NCBI GenBank assembly: GCA_963666365.2
Contig: CAXXNF010000002.1
Span: 1,472,001 to 1,536,000 of the forward strand
Direction: 5' to 3'
Origin: Syntrophales bacterium
GTDB lineage: Bacteria > Desulfobacterota > Syntrophia > Syntrophales > UBA2210
Length of the DNA stretch: 64,000 nucleotides
In this document: positions 27,392 to 37,015 of the stretch, one piece after another
Layout of the letters: every line of letters starts with the position of its first letter
How positions within the stretch are numbered: the stretch's first letter is position 1
Position numbers and translations under genes: made by a program
The notes under the pieces: generated by a model
Told to the model about the DNA's origin: nothing
Seen by the model: only the letters and a program-made list of their open reading frames with translations
Database searches by the model: none

Positions 27392-29935
27392 TCACTCCGG
27401 TCTCATTCCCACCAGCTGCTGCAGGATGTAAATCGCCTCTCCCAATCCCTGTGGGCCGCTGCCGCCGTTGCCGCATGGACCGGCGACCGCGAGCAGGGCG
27501 GTGGCCGTGCCTGTCTGGGACGCCCCGTCGGTGACGGTGAGCGTCACATCATAGAATCCCGGCTGCAGATCCGTCAGATCCGGTGTTGCCCCCGTTGCCG
27601 TCCTGTTGTAAGCGGCATTTGTGCGGTGGGTCAGTGTCCACTGATAGGATATGATGTTCCCCTGTGAGGCGCTGCCATCCAGGTGCGCACTGTCGAACAC
27701 CACGAGATCCGGACCCGCATTGGCCGCCGTCTGCAGATGAAAGGCGGCGGTAACCGTCGTGGCCGCATTCAGCGTGACCGTGCACGTTCCCGTCCCTCCA
27801 CAGCCCCCGCCGCTCCAGCCGGAAAAGACGGCGCCGGGGGCGGCAGCCGCCGTGAGGGTTACCGTCGTTCCCGCATCGAAGGAGGCCGTGCAGATGTCAC
27901 CGCAGGCGATCCCTGCCGGCACGCTGGTGACCGTGCCGGCGCCGTCGCCGGATTTGACGATGGTCAGGGTCACCTTTGCGGGAGGGGCCGCCGCCGTCGA
28001 ATAGAGTTCAGCTGTTCCGCCCGGATCTCCTCCCACGATAAGGATGTCATATTCCGGGGAAAGACCGGGCAGGTAGGTGGCGGTATGAAAGAGCCGGGGG
28101 GTGGTCATCTGCGCCGTGGTCACGGTGAAATCGTCCGTCGATAAATCGAGTATCTCCATTGTCGCATTCAACGGGCAGCCTCCGCTGACAAGGAGCCGTC
28201 CGTCCGTGAGCTGCGTCACCTCAGCGCCGAACCGCCCGTGATTGAGGGTCCCGTAGGCCGAGAAGGTTCCCGTCAGGGGGTTGTAAATTTCCGTTGACGT
28301 CAGAACAGTTCCCGGGTTGTTCATTTCCGTAAGGCCGCCGCCGAAGACGATCTGAAAATTGCCGGCCATTGTTCTGGCCGCCGCCATCGATCCCGTGGCG
28401 GAGAATGTGCCCGTCGCGGCATCGTAGATTTCGGCGCCGGCAAGTGCACCGGCGCCATTGCTTCCTCCGGCAAGGAGGACCTTCGTTTCACTCAACGGCG
28501 TCGCCCGGTGGTAGACCCGCCCGGTGACCATGGTCCCTGTGGGGGTGAACACTCCCGATGCCGCGTCATAGAGATCGGCCGTGTTGGTGACACTCACTGT
28601 CGTTTCCGTCATTGCGCTGGCGCCGCCGGCAAAAAGGATCTTCATTCCTTTGGAGATCGGATCCATAATGGCCGTTGCCGTGTACAGCTGCCGGGGCGTG
28701 CTCATCTTTGAGGCCAGCAGCGTAAAGACGCCCGTGGCCGGGTCGTAGAGCTCGGCGCTGTCGATGTTGGTGGAAATGCCGTCCAGGGCATGAAATCCGC
28801 CGGCGACGAGTACCCTTCCGTCGAGCAGCAGAGTCGCCGTATGTCCCATGCGGGGAACATGCATGGATCCCGTCAGTGTAAAGGTCCGTGTCGCCGGATC
28901 GTACAGTTCCGCCGTGGCCGTAGCACCTGCCGGACCTGTCCCGTTGTGGCCGCCTGCAATAAGCACCTTGCCGTTCAGCAATCGTAGGGCCGTGTGGTAC
29001 CCGCCCCGCGGGGTCTGGGTAGCGCCCAGCGGAATGACGGATCGGGGAAGGGGGGGCGCAAGCTGATGAACGGCAAATCCGTTCTTTCCCGATCCGAGAC
29101 TGACGAATGCCATGCGGGGCACGCCCGCTGTGGCATTTGCGGCAGCATTGATAGAGATCTCGCCGCTTCCCGTACCGGCGGCAATGCCGTTGATGGAAAG
29201 CCATTCCACTCCCGGTTGAACCGCGGCGCTCCAGGCGCAGTCTTCAGAAGAGGCTGTAATGTGCAGGGTCGCGTCACCCCCTTCGGGACCGAGATAGACG
29301 CTTATGGGGTTTGCGCTGCCCGCCCTGGCCACCACAAAGGTGCAGTCTTCCGATGCGGCCGCCGGTGCAAATACGATGTCATCTATCGTAAAGTCGCCGA
29401 AATTCTCCTTTGCGATCTCGATTTTGGTAATTGCCGTCGCCGTGGAAGGAAGGGTGATAGAGGCGGCAACGGTACCGCTGAAAGTGGGAAGGGGCCCGAG
29501 CGATACCGGTGTTGAAATCTCGCCGTTCATGGGGTTGGCCAGCGTGGTGCGCACCGGCGTCCCGCTGTCAAGATAGGTAAGGTACACGGCAACCGTGCGC
29601 CATCCATCGTCGGGGGTTCCCGATTTCACCAGCTTCATGGAAAAGGTGTAGGATTTCCCCCCCACGCCGGTGATGCTCAGATTCTGGTAGATGATCGTTC
29701 CCGTGTACCCGCCGGAGGGTGGGTGAAGATTCACCGCGCCGTCCACGAGCGGCCAGGGGGGCGGCTCCGTGGGCACGACCACCCAGCCCAGGATACCCGC
29801 CGAAAAATCCCCGTTGGCAATCAGGTTTTGCGCCCGGAGCTCACGCGATGTCACAGACAACAAAAAACACACGCACACCAGCACCCAAACCGCCTTGGTC
29901 GCATTGCGCACCATAGAGTCCTCCTTGATTCTCAC
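27392..29935 (-). CDS. Secreted multidomain protein: carbohydrate-binding-like, BACON, kelch beta-propeller, InlB-B-repeat-like, PKD-like
   Basis: Signal peptide; kelch repeats (HTATLLLDGRVLVAGG..AELYDPATG); TVTLTA..FSGWSGG.C.GTG.C; ANAGPD..LDGSAS..YQW. Probable start is ATG 29914. Confidence 0.85.
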   Translation of the reverse strand: MRIKEDSMVRNATKAVWVLVCVCFLLSVTSRELRAQNLIANGDFSAGILGWVVVPTEPPPWPLVDGAVNLHPPSGGYTGTIIYQNLSITGVGGKSYTFSMKLVKSGTPDDGWRTVAVYLTYLDSGTPVRTTLANPMNGEISTPVSLGPLPTFSGTVAASITLPSTATAITKIEIAKENFGDFTIDDIVFAPAAASEDCTFVVARAGSANPISVYLGPEGGDATLHITASSEDCAWSAAVQPGVEWLSINGIAAGTGSGEISINAAANATAGVPRMAFVSLGSGKNGFAVHQLAPPLPRSVIPLGATQTPRGGYHTALRLLNGKVLIAGGHNGTGPAGATATAELYDPATRTFTLTGSMHVPRMGHTATLLLDGRVLVAGGFHALDGISTNIDSAELYDPATGVFTLLASKMSTPRQLYTATAIMDPISKGMKILFAGGASAMTETTVSVTNTADLYDAASGVFTPTGTMVTGRVYHRATPLSETKVLLAGGSNGAGALAGAEIYDAATGTFSATGSMAAARTMAGNFQIVFGGGLTEMNNPGTVLTSTEIYNPLTGTFSAYGTLNHGRFGAEVTQLTDGRLLVSGGCPLNATMEILDLSTDDFTVTTAQMTTPRLFHTATYLPGLSPEYDILIVGGDPGGTAELYSTAAAPPAKVTLTIVKSGDGAGTVTSVPAGIACGDICTASFDAGTTVTLTAAAAPGAVFSGWSGGGCGGTGTCTVTLNAATTVTAAFHLQTAANAGPDLVVFDSAHLDGSASQGNIISYQWTLTHRTNAAYNRTATGATPDLTDLQPGFYDVTLTVTDGASQTGTATALLAVAGPCGNGGSGPQGLGEAIYILQQLVGMRPE

Positions 29936-30106
29936 TTCACAAAAAAAAACATCTACCTATATTGACATGGAAAAACGCCGGTTCGGAAGAACCGGCAACA
30001 GATACGGAATGACAATGGCTGAAATTATCTTCGAGACCTTTCCCAAAGTCAAATGCTTTTTATACGAGGCTTTTTTTGGTACTGTGAAATGCATCACATG
30101 CTAATA

Positions 30107-30245
30107 AATAGGGACACTTCCCTCTTTAATCGTTAGGATCGTTAGTAGCGTTATGAACGTTGAGATCGTTATTGTCAAAACGTTCCTAACGTTTCTAACG
30201 TTCTAAACGCTCTCAACGGTTTTTAAAGAGGGAAGTGTCCCTATT
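30107..30245. repeat. Paired-hairpin (REPIN/MITE-like) element, copy A
   Basis: Perfect 23-bp inverted termini AATAGGGACACTTCCCTCTTTAA / TTAAAGAGGGAAGTGTCCCTATT; the interior has 9-bp CGTT../..AACG units. Confidence 0.9.
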
Positions 30246-30246
30246 C

Positions 30247-31065
30247 TCAAGGCCCGTCGATGCCTACGCCTTTGAGCCTGGCCAGAGAGTCGGTCAGAAA
30301 GGCGATGTCCTCCCGTCGGTCGATGATGCTTCCGTGCTGGGGGGCGATCATCGAGGCGCCCACCCCGCCGATCACTTCCATCGCATGGTGCAGCGCCTTT
30401 TCCGAGGGCATGACGTTGCGGTGGAAGGTCAGCAGATCGGTCATGGGGCAGTAGGGCTTCCCGTAGACACAAGGACCGCCGCTGTCGTAGTCGTCACAGG
30501 CGCGGCACTGTTCGTCCAGCCTCAGGAAAAGATCCCACTGCTGCGAGTAGCTCCCAAAAAGGTCGCTGGTGAAGAGCGTCTCCGTCCGGGGATCCCAGGT
30601 AATTAAACTCCCGGCAGTGTGGGCGAAGGGGGTACTGAAAAAGCGCAGTTCCCGGCCGTTGAAAGAAAAGACCATTCCCTGATCGTCCAGGGACCGGAAA
30701 AGCCCCCGCTTTTCCCGCTCCAGATAGAAACTCAAAAAGAAGTTGTTTGCCCGATCGGAGAGGATCGTAAGCGCCTTGTGTGCGCAGAGGTCGACCATGT
30801 TGGCCATGGAGCCGCAGAGATCCGGATCGGCGTGCTGATAGATGAGGGCCACAATCTGCTCCGGCGCGATCCCGGTCTGGAGGATCTTGCGCATGACCAC
30901 AGGGAAATCGGCGCGACTGCCCGCATCGATGAGCACGGCCTTGTCCCCTTCAACGATCAGGTAGGGATTGCAGTGAAAATTGCTGTAGGCATCGTGAAAA
31001 CCCACCCAGTGAATCCCCGGCGCAATCTCCACCGGCCGGTTATAGCGCTTCTGTTCCACTGTCAT
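30247..31065 (-). CDS. MBL-fold protein, ODP (oxygen-binding di-iron protein)-like
   Basis: HCNPYLI, LIDAGS, HADPDLCGS, LFTSDLFG, IAPQHGSII. Confidence 0.8.
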   Translation of the reverse strand: MTVEQKRYNRPVEIAPGIHWVGFHDAYSNFHCNPYLIVEGDKAVLIDAGSRADFPVVMRKILQTGIAPEQIVALIYQHADPDLCGSMANMVDLCAHKALTILSDRANNFFLSFYLEREKRGLFRSLDDQGMVFSFNGRELRFFSTPFAHTAGSLITWDPRTETLFTSDLFGSYSQQWDLFLRLDEQCRACDDYDSGGPCVYGKPYCPMTDLLTFHRNVMPSEKALHHAMEVIGGVGASMIAPQHGSIIDRREDIAFLTDSLARLKGVGIDGP

Positions 31066-31852
31066 GGCGTTCCCCCAGGACAAAATAGGCCTTCATCAGG
31101 CCCCTGTGTTTAAGGGGGATTTCTCCCCGCTCCTCGAAAAAAAACCGTTCACGGGTCAGGACATAGGTCTCGTGCGAGCAGTTCACCCGTCCCGGCGCCC
31201 CGGCGGTCTCGAAACGGGAGGCGATATTGACGCTGTCGCCGAAGATATCGAACTGCATGCGCTCTTCTCCCACCACGCCCGCCATCACCGTGCCCGTATG
31301 GATCCCGATCCGGGATTCGAGTTTCAGATCGCCCCGCGTGCTGAAAGCCTTGAGTTGTTTCTGCATGGCCAGCCCCGCCTGAAGGGCCAGCGAGGGATGA
31401 TCGGGATCGGGCCGCGGGGCGCCAAAAACCGCCATGTAGGCGTCGCCGATGGTCTTGACCTTCGTGCCCCGAAAGCGGTGTATCAGTGTGTCCGCGGCTC
31501 TGACCACCATGTCAAGCATCTCGATCAGCTTTTCGCCCGAGAGCTGCGCTGCCAGTTGGGTAAAGTCGCAGATGTCGGCAAAGAGAATCGTACAGTGGCA
31601 GGCGCGGGGGGCAAAGCTCCCGGACTCCTTGATCTCCTCGGCCACCTCGGCGGGCAGGGTGTTTTTCAGCAGTTCGTCGACCTGCTTTTCCAGGACAACG
31701 TATTGCCGGATCAGCTCTTTGAGAAGACGCTGCTGGATGCCGCTGTCCTGAATGGTGGCAACGGACTGAAAATAGTCCACCAGGACCGACTCCGTCTGTC
31801 CGTTTCTCCGCCGCTCCTCCTGAGGCAGTTCTGTCGATGATTCATTGGGCAC
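31040..31852 (-). CDS. Class III adenylate/guanylate cyclase
   Basis: TILFADICDFT, KVKTIGDAYM, RIGIHTG, FDIFGDSVNIASR. GTG 31852 follows an AAGGGAAGG RBS; the ORF track extends to 31948. Confidence 0.9.
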   Translation of the reverse strand: MPNESSTELPQEERRRNGQTESVLVDYFQSVATIQDSGIQQRLLKELIRQYVVLEKQVDELLKNTLPAEVAEEIKESGSFAPRACHCTILFADICDFTQLAAQLSGEKLIEMLDMVVRAADTLIHRFRGTKVKTIGDAYMAVFGAPRPDPDHPSLALQAGLAMQKQLKAFSTRGDLKLESRIGIHTGTVMAGVVGEERMQFDIFGDSVNIASRFETAGAPGRVNCSHETYVLTRERFFFEERGEIPLKHRGLMKAYFVLGERHDSGTEAL

Positions 31853-31984
31853 TCGGCTATTTCCCTTCCCTTTCTTGACCCTGACGTTCAGTTGTGATTC
31901 TAACCCGTGGTCGCGGGAAACGCAAAGGAAAACAGGACAAATTTTCACAGGGTGTTTCGCAATGGACCGGCCGCAGTACAGTTC

Positions 31985-33490
31985 TTAGAGCATGGTCCCC
32001 TTTTTCTGATAGTTCAGGTGCCAGGAGAAGGCCTCTTCAAGCAGCATCGGGATGTGACCGCCCGTCTGCGCGACGGCGCGGCGGTGGTAGGCGCGAAGGG
32101 CATCGCGGTAGTTCGGGTGTGCGCAGTGCTCGATGATGGTTTCGGCCCGTTCGCAGGGATCGAGCCCCCGCAGATCGGCCAGCCCCTGTTCGGTGACAAG
32201 TACATGGACCTCGTGCTCCGTATGGTCGACATGGGTGACCTGGGGCACAATGCAGGATATGGTTCCGTTCTTCGCGGTTGACGGCGTCAGAAAGACGGAC
32301 AGATAGGCGTTTCTCGAAAAGTCGCCCGAGCCGCCGATGCCGTTGACGACGGAACTGCCGAACATGTGCGTTGAGTTTACATTACCGTATATGTCGGCCT
32401 CAACCGCCGTATTCATCGCCACTACGCCCAGGCGGGCTGCAATTTCGCCGCTGTTGCTGATCTCCTGGGGACGAAGCACTATTTTCCGGCGGTAGACATC
32501 TATGTGTTCGTAAAAGCGCCGGAGCCCCTCCGGTGAAAGAGCCAGCGATGTGGCCGATGCGAAGGTGAGCTTTCCCACATCGATTAGATCCAGTATGGCG
32601 TCCTGTATCACCTCGGACCAGAGCGTGAGGTCCGTCCAGTCACTTTCGAGTATCCCCTGCATGACCGCATTGGCAATTCCGCCCACACCGGACTGTAGCG
32701 GCGGAATGTGTTCGTACATCCGGCCCCGAATATGGCGGTTCATAAAATCGATAAGGTGCACCGCCATTCGTTTCGATGTGTCGTTCACAGGAGCGAGCGG
32801 TCTGGTTCTGTCAAGCATATCGGAAGGACAGATCGCAACGATCTTGGCCGGATCGCAGGGAATGGAGATTCGGCCGATCCGCTGCGAAGGATCGGTAATC
32901 GGGATGGGAAGCCGCCGGGGAGGAGGTTCCGGACTGTAGATGTCGTGGATGCCGATCATGCCCGGGGGCTGTGCCCCGTTGAGTTCCACGATGACTTGCT
33001 TTGCTTCAGCCACAAGGGTGGCCGAGGCGCCTACCGACGTGGTGGGGACGATACCGCCGTCTTCCATGACCGCCGTCGCTTCGATAACGGCAATGTCCAC
33101 GGGCCCCAGAAAGCCGAAACGAAGCTGCTCCGCCAGTTTTCCCAGGTGGATGTCACAATATTTAATGCGGCCTTCATTGATTTCCCGGTTGATCACGGCG
33201 CCTGTCTGATAGGGGTAGCGCCGCGCAATGGCGCCTACAGAAGCGAGGGCTTCGTCCAGCTCGACCCCGGTCGAGGCGCCGGTGACAAGACCGATCTTGA
33301 GTTTTTCCCCCTCTCTTACGCGTTCCGCCAGGGCCAGGGGAAAGGTTTTTGGATATCCGCAGGAGGTAAATCCGCTGCAGGCCAGCATCATGCCGTCTTC
33401 GACAAGCCGCGCGGCCTCTTTCGCGGTGGTGATTTTCGAGATGAGTTCCCTACAGTAGATACGATCCTTTACCGACACAGCTGCTTCCAT
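31985..33490 (-). CDS. Succinate CoA-transferase / acetyl-CoA hydrolase-transferase family
   Basis: SGFT..GYPK, LQSGVG, SEVIQD, LRPQEISN, NGIGGSGDFSRNA, VTEQGLADLRG. Confidence 0.92.
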   Translation of the reverse strand: MEAAVSVKDRIYCRELISKITTAKEAARLVEDGMMLACSGFTSCGYPKTFPLALAERVREGEKLKIGLVTGASTGVELDEALASVGAIARRYPYQTGAVINREINEGRIKYCDIHLGKLAEQLRFGFLGPVDIAVIEATAVMEDGGIVPTTSVGASATLVAEAKQVIVELNGAQPPGMIGIHDIYSPEPPPRRLPIPITDPSQRIGRISIPCDPAKIVAICPSDMLDRTRPLAPVNDTSKRMAVHLIDFMNRHIRGRMYEHIPPLQSGVGGIANAVMQGILESDWTDLTLWSEVIQDAILDLIDVGKLTFASATSLALSPEGLRRFYEHIDVYRRKIVLRPQEISNSGEIAARLGVVAMNTAVEADIYGNVNSTHMFGSSVVNGIGGSGDFSRNAYLSVFLTPSTAKNGTISCIVPQVTHVDHTEHEVHVLVTEQGLADLRGLDPCERAETIIEHCAHPNYRDALRAYHRRAVAQTGGHIPMLLEEAFSWHLNYQKKGTML

Positions 33491-33502
33491 TCCATAGTGT
33501 TA

Positions 33503-33623
33503 AATAGGGACACTTCCCTATTTAATCGTTAGTAGCGTTATGAGCGTTCAGATCGTTACTGTTAAAACGTTCCTAACGTTCTAAACGCTCTCAACGGTTT
33601 TTAAATAGGGAAGTGTCCCTATT
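33503..33623. repeat. Paired-hairpin element, copy B
   Basis: 23-bp inverted termini AATAGGGACACTTCCCTATTTAA / TTAAATAGGGAAGTGTCCCTATT; same interior type as copy A. Confidence 0.9.
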
Positions 33624-35961
33624 CATCGAGCACCTTGCGTACCGTCCCTGCCATGTCTTTCAACGAAAAGGGCTTCATGAGGAATTCTCTGATCCCCAAC
33701 TCCTTCGCCTTCTGCTCCGTCACCAGCTCGCTGTACCCGGTACACAGCACGATGGGAATGTCGGACCGAATCTGCAGGATTGCCCTGGAAAGGTCGAGAC
33801 CGGTCAGTCCCGGCATGGTCATGTCGGTCATGACAAGGTCGAATTGCGCCGGTGCGCTCCGAAAGGCATTGAGGGCTTCAATGCTGCTCGACAGCGCAAC
33901 GACACGGTACCCGAGCATTTCAAGCATCTCCCGCCCTATCCCCGCAAGCGCCTCTTCGTCGTCGACAAACATCACCCGCTCGTCGCCCCTGGGAATGGGA
34001 TCAAGCGAAACCGCCTCAGGCCGTCCCTGCGCTTCGACTGCAGGAAGATACACAAAAAATGACGCTCCGGCGCCGGGCGTGCTCTCCACCGTAACGGCGC
34101 CGCCGTACTCCTTCACAATACCGTAGACCACCGACAATCCCAGACCGGTCCCTTCCCCCCGCTCGCCGGTGGTAAAATAGGGATCGAAAATCCGGTCCAG
34201 TATGGCCGGCTCTATGCCCACCCCCGTATCGGCGACGGTAAGTTTGACATAGTCGCCGGGCGCCAGGTCGGTACCGGAAGAAATGGTGTCTGAATGAATT
34301 CCTACATTTTCAAGCGATACGTCAAGCGTCCCTCCCCCCGTTTCACGCATGGCGTGGGCGGCGTTGGTGCAGAGATTCATGAGAATCTGGTGTATCTGCG
34401 TCGGATCGGCGACTACCGTCTTTACCTTTGATTCTATGCGGGACGTAATTTCAATGGTCGTGGGGAGTGTGCCCCGCAACAGGCGCAGGGCCTCTTTCAC
34501 AAGCGCCTTGATGTTGACTGTCTTGACCTCGAGATCGGTCTTCCGGCTGAAGGCAAGTATCTGGCTCACCATGTTCGAGGCGCGGGTGCTGGCCTGGAGA
34601 ATACTCTCCATGTAGGGCAGGAGTTCCGGCTGGTGCAGTTTTCGCTTTGTAATTTCCGCATAGCCGATTATTCCGGCAAGTATATTATTGAAATCATGCG
34701 CAATGCCTCCGGCAAGGGTGCCGATGGCTTCCAGCTTCTGTGTCTGGGCAAGGCTGGATTCGAAACGTTTGCGGTCGGTAATGTCGCGAACCGATTGGAC
34801 GGCGCCGACGATATTCCCTTCACTGTCATAAAAGGGGGCCGCCTTTCCCCATAGGGTGCGCTTCTCTCCCTTGAGCGTTACTTCGGCCTCGATGAGCAGT
34901 ATGTCATCGGCCCTCGTGAATGTAAGGTATTGCTGCTCGATCTCTTCGCTGGGCTCGATAACGAGATCGATAAGCAGCGGGCGCCTGGCGCCGTAGAAGG
35001 GAATTGCGTATTCATAGTTTCCCTTCCCCTGCATGGCGCGGGCCGGAATACCGGTCATTTCCTCCATGGCCCGATTCCAGGCGATCACCCTATGGTCGCC
35101 GTCAATGGCGAATGTCGCATCGGGAAGAAAATTGATGATATCGAAAAGCCGTTTTTCAGAATCGCGAAGGTTCTGCTCCGCTTGTGCACGCTTCGTAATA
35201 TCGGATGAAAAGACGGCGATTCTTGCAACCGTGCCTGCCTCGTCACGGACAGGGTAGAGATGATGTTCGAAATGTCTCCCGTTCCGTGTATCCCTGTAAT
35301 GCACAGTTTTACCCGTACGCACGGCCTTGAAGAACTGATATTCTCTTACTTCATTGAGTTCACGAGTAAAATGGGTGCTGAGAGGTTTGCCGATAATATC
35401 ATCCACGGATTTGCCTACCCGCCGTGCCAGTGTTTCATTTACCACGAGCACCCGCCCCTCCCGGTCCATCAGAATCAGGGCCTCCGAGGTCGCATTGATG
35501 AGCGAATGCAGCGCCTCTTCGCTGCGCTGCAGGGCCTCTTCCATGTCCCTCTGCTCGGTGATGTCGGTCAGAAAGATAAGGGTCGCCGGTCTTCCCTTCC
35601 ACTGGATCATGGCGGCATTGACCTCCCCCCATCTGACGTTCCCCTGCTTGTCGATGATCCGGTGGGCATAGATGTTGGGAAATTCTTCGCCTCGCAGTCG
35701 TCTGCGATGTTTATCAAGCACCGCTTCTCTGTCATCGTGATGAAGAAACTCCGCAAAAGGCCGCCCTAGAAGCTCCTCCCGCGTATAGCCGCTGAAGGCC
35801 TCCGTCCGGGGATTCAAAAAGACGAATCTGCCGTCCTGGATCACATAGATCGCCTCGTGCGCCTTTTCAAAGACAAGACGATACTGATCTTCAAGGCCAT
35901 CCACAGGAGGCTGCGCGTTTTTTGCTGCATCGTCCGCCGTCATGACGTCACCTGCAACCAC
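33619..35961 (-). CDS. PAS-domain hybrid sensor histidine kinase/response regulator
   Basis: Three PAS domains; H-box GGIAHDFNN; N-box NLCTNA; DTG, GTGLGL; receiver VDDE..TDMTMP..KP. Confidence 0.95.
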   Translation of the reverse strand: MVAGDVMTADDAAKNAQPPVDGLEDQYRLVFEKAHEAIYVIQDGRFVFLNPRTEAFSGYTREELLGRPFAEFLHHDDREAVLDKHRRRLRGEEFPNIYAHRIIDKQGNVRWGEVNAAMIQWKGRPATLIFLTDITEQRDMEEALQRSEEALHSLINATSEALILMDREGRVLVVNETLARRVGKSVDDIIGKPLSTHFTRELNEVREYQFFKAVRTGKTVHYRDTRNGRHFEHHLYPVRDEAGTVARIAVFSSDITKRAQAEQNLRDSEKRLFDIINFLPDATFAIDGDHRVIAWNRAMEEMTGIPARAMQGKGNYEYAIPFYGARRPLLIDLVIEPSEEIEQQYLTFTRADDILLIEAEVTLKGEKRTLWGKAAPFYDSEGNIVGAVQSVRDITDRKRFESSLAQTQKLEAIGTLAGGIAHDFNNILAGIIGYAEITKRKLHQPELLPYMESILQASTRASNMVSQILAFSRKTDLEVKTVNIKALVKEALRLLRGTLPTTIEITSRIESKVKTVVADPTQIHQILMNLCTNAAHAMRETGGGTLDVSLENVGIHSDTISSGTDLAPGDYVKLTVADTGVGIEPAILDRIFDPYFTTGERGEGTGLGLSVVYGIVKEYGGAVTVESTPGAGASFFVYLPAVEAQGRPEAVSLDPIPRGDERVMFVDDEEALAGIGREMLEMLGYRVVALSSSIEALNAFRSAPAQFDLVMTDMTMPGLTGLDLSRAILQIRSDIPIVLCTGYSELVTEQKAKELGIREFLMKPFSLKDMAGTVRKVLDE

Positions 35962-36127
35962 TCCTAAATACTATAAAATTTTTCACCTTGTTCCCTGACG
36001 TATATTTTTAAGGGACTCACGAGGCACACCCGACCATCAAGACCTCTTACAGTTTCATCATCTTCAGGTCGGCTCGCATCCTCTTACATTGGCCATGTAG
36101 AGATTATGTATGCCACATAAGGAAGAT

Positions 36128-37015
36128 TCACGCAAGAACGAGTTTCTGCTCCTCTTGAAGCTCTTCCAGCAATCTTATCGCCTGTTGATTTTCCGGGTCG
36201 AGGGACAGAATAAATTCAAGACGGGCCTTGATGTCTCCGTGTGCGATATTCGATGTACCCGATTTCCAGAGGGAATGGTGCAACCGGGCAAGATTGAGAT
36301 TCGCTTCCTTCTGAAATGGATTCAGCTCCACGCTCCGGTTCCAGGCGGAACGCGCCCTTTCCATATCCTTCATCTCTTCATAGAGCGATCCCACATTATT
36401 CCAGGCGTCGCTGTTATCGGGCACGAGTTCCAGAAAACGCTCGAGCATTTCCCGTGCGTCCTCATAATTCCCGACCTGAATACACAAATTGCCCAGATTA
36501 AAGAGGGCCTTGCGGTGACAGGGGTCACGATCGAGCACATCCCGATAGATGCGCATCGCCTCGTCAAACATGTCATGGCGGTCATAGCAGAGGGCCAGGC
36601 AAAAGCGCGCACGCACCCCGGTGCGATCGAAGAGTGCCGCATTTTCATACTCTATGATCGCACCGAAATAATCGCCCTCGCGCTCCCGGATATGGGCAAG
36701 GTTGATCATCGCCTCCGCATTCGCCGGATCAAGACGAAGCGCCCGCTGATAGAGCGCGCGGGCGCCGGCCAGACGGCCCATTCTTTCATAGAGGTATCCC
36801 AGATTGTTGCAGGCTTCCGGATTTTCCGATTCCAGATCGACCACCCGGGCAAAACACTTTTCGGCTTCACGGTAACACTCTTTCTCCATATAGGAAAACC
36901 CGATGTTGACATATCCTTTGGCGCCGCAGCTTCCCCCAGCGGCCTGGAGGTCGCTGCGAACACGCCGACTCGTCGATTCCCGGTCCTTCCTTTTCATGCG
37001 GGCCTCTCCCTTCAT
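36128..37015 (-). CDS. Tetratricopeptide repeat protein
   Basis: Repeated NNLG/FNLG..A...Y..AL.LDP TPR motifs. Confidence 0.88.
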   Translation of the reverse strand: MKGEARMKRKDRESTSRRVRSDLQAAGGSCGAKGYVNIGFSYMEKECYREAEKCFARVVDLESENPEACNNLGYLYERMGRLAGARALYQRALRLDPANAEAMINLAHIREREGDYFGAIIEYENAALFDRTGVRARFCLALCYDRHDMFDEAMRIYRDVLDRDPCHRKALFNLGNLCIQVGNYEDAREMLERFLELVPDNSDAWNNVGSLYEEMKDMERARSAWNRSVELNPFQKEANLNLARLHHSLWKSGTSNIAHGDIKARLEFILSLDPENQQAIRLLEELQEEQKLVLA

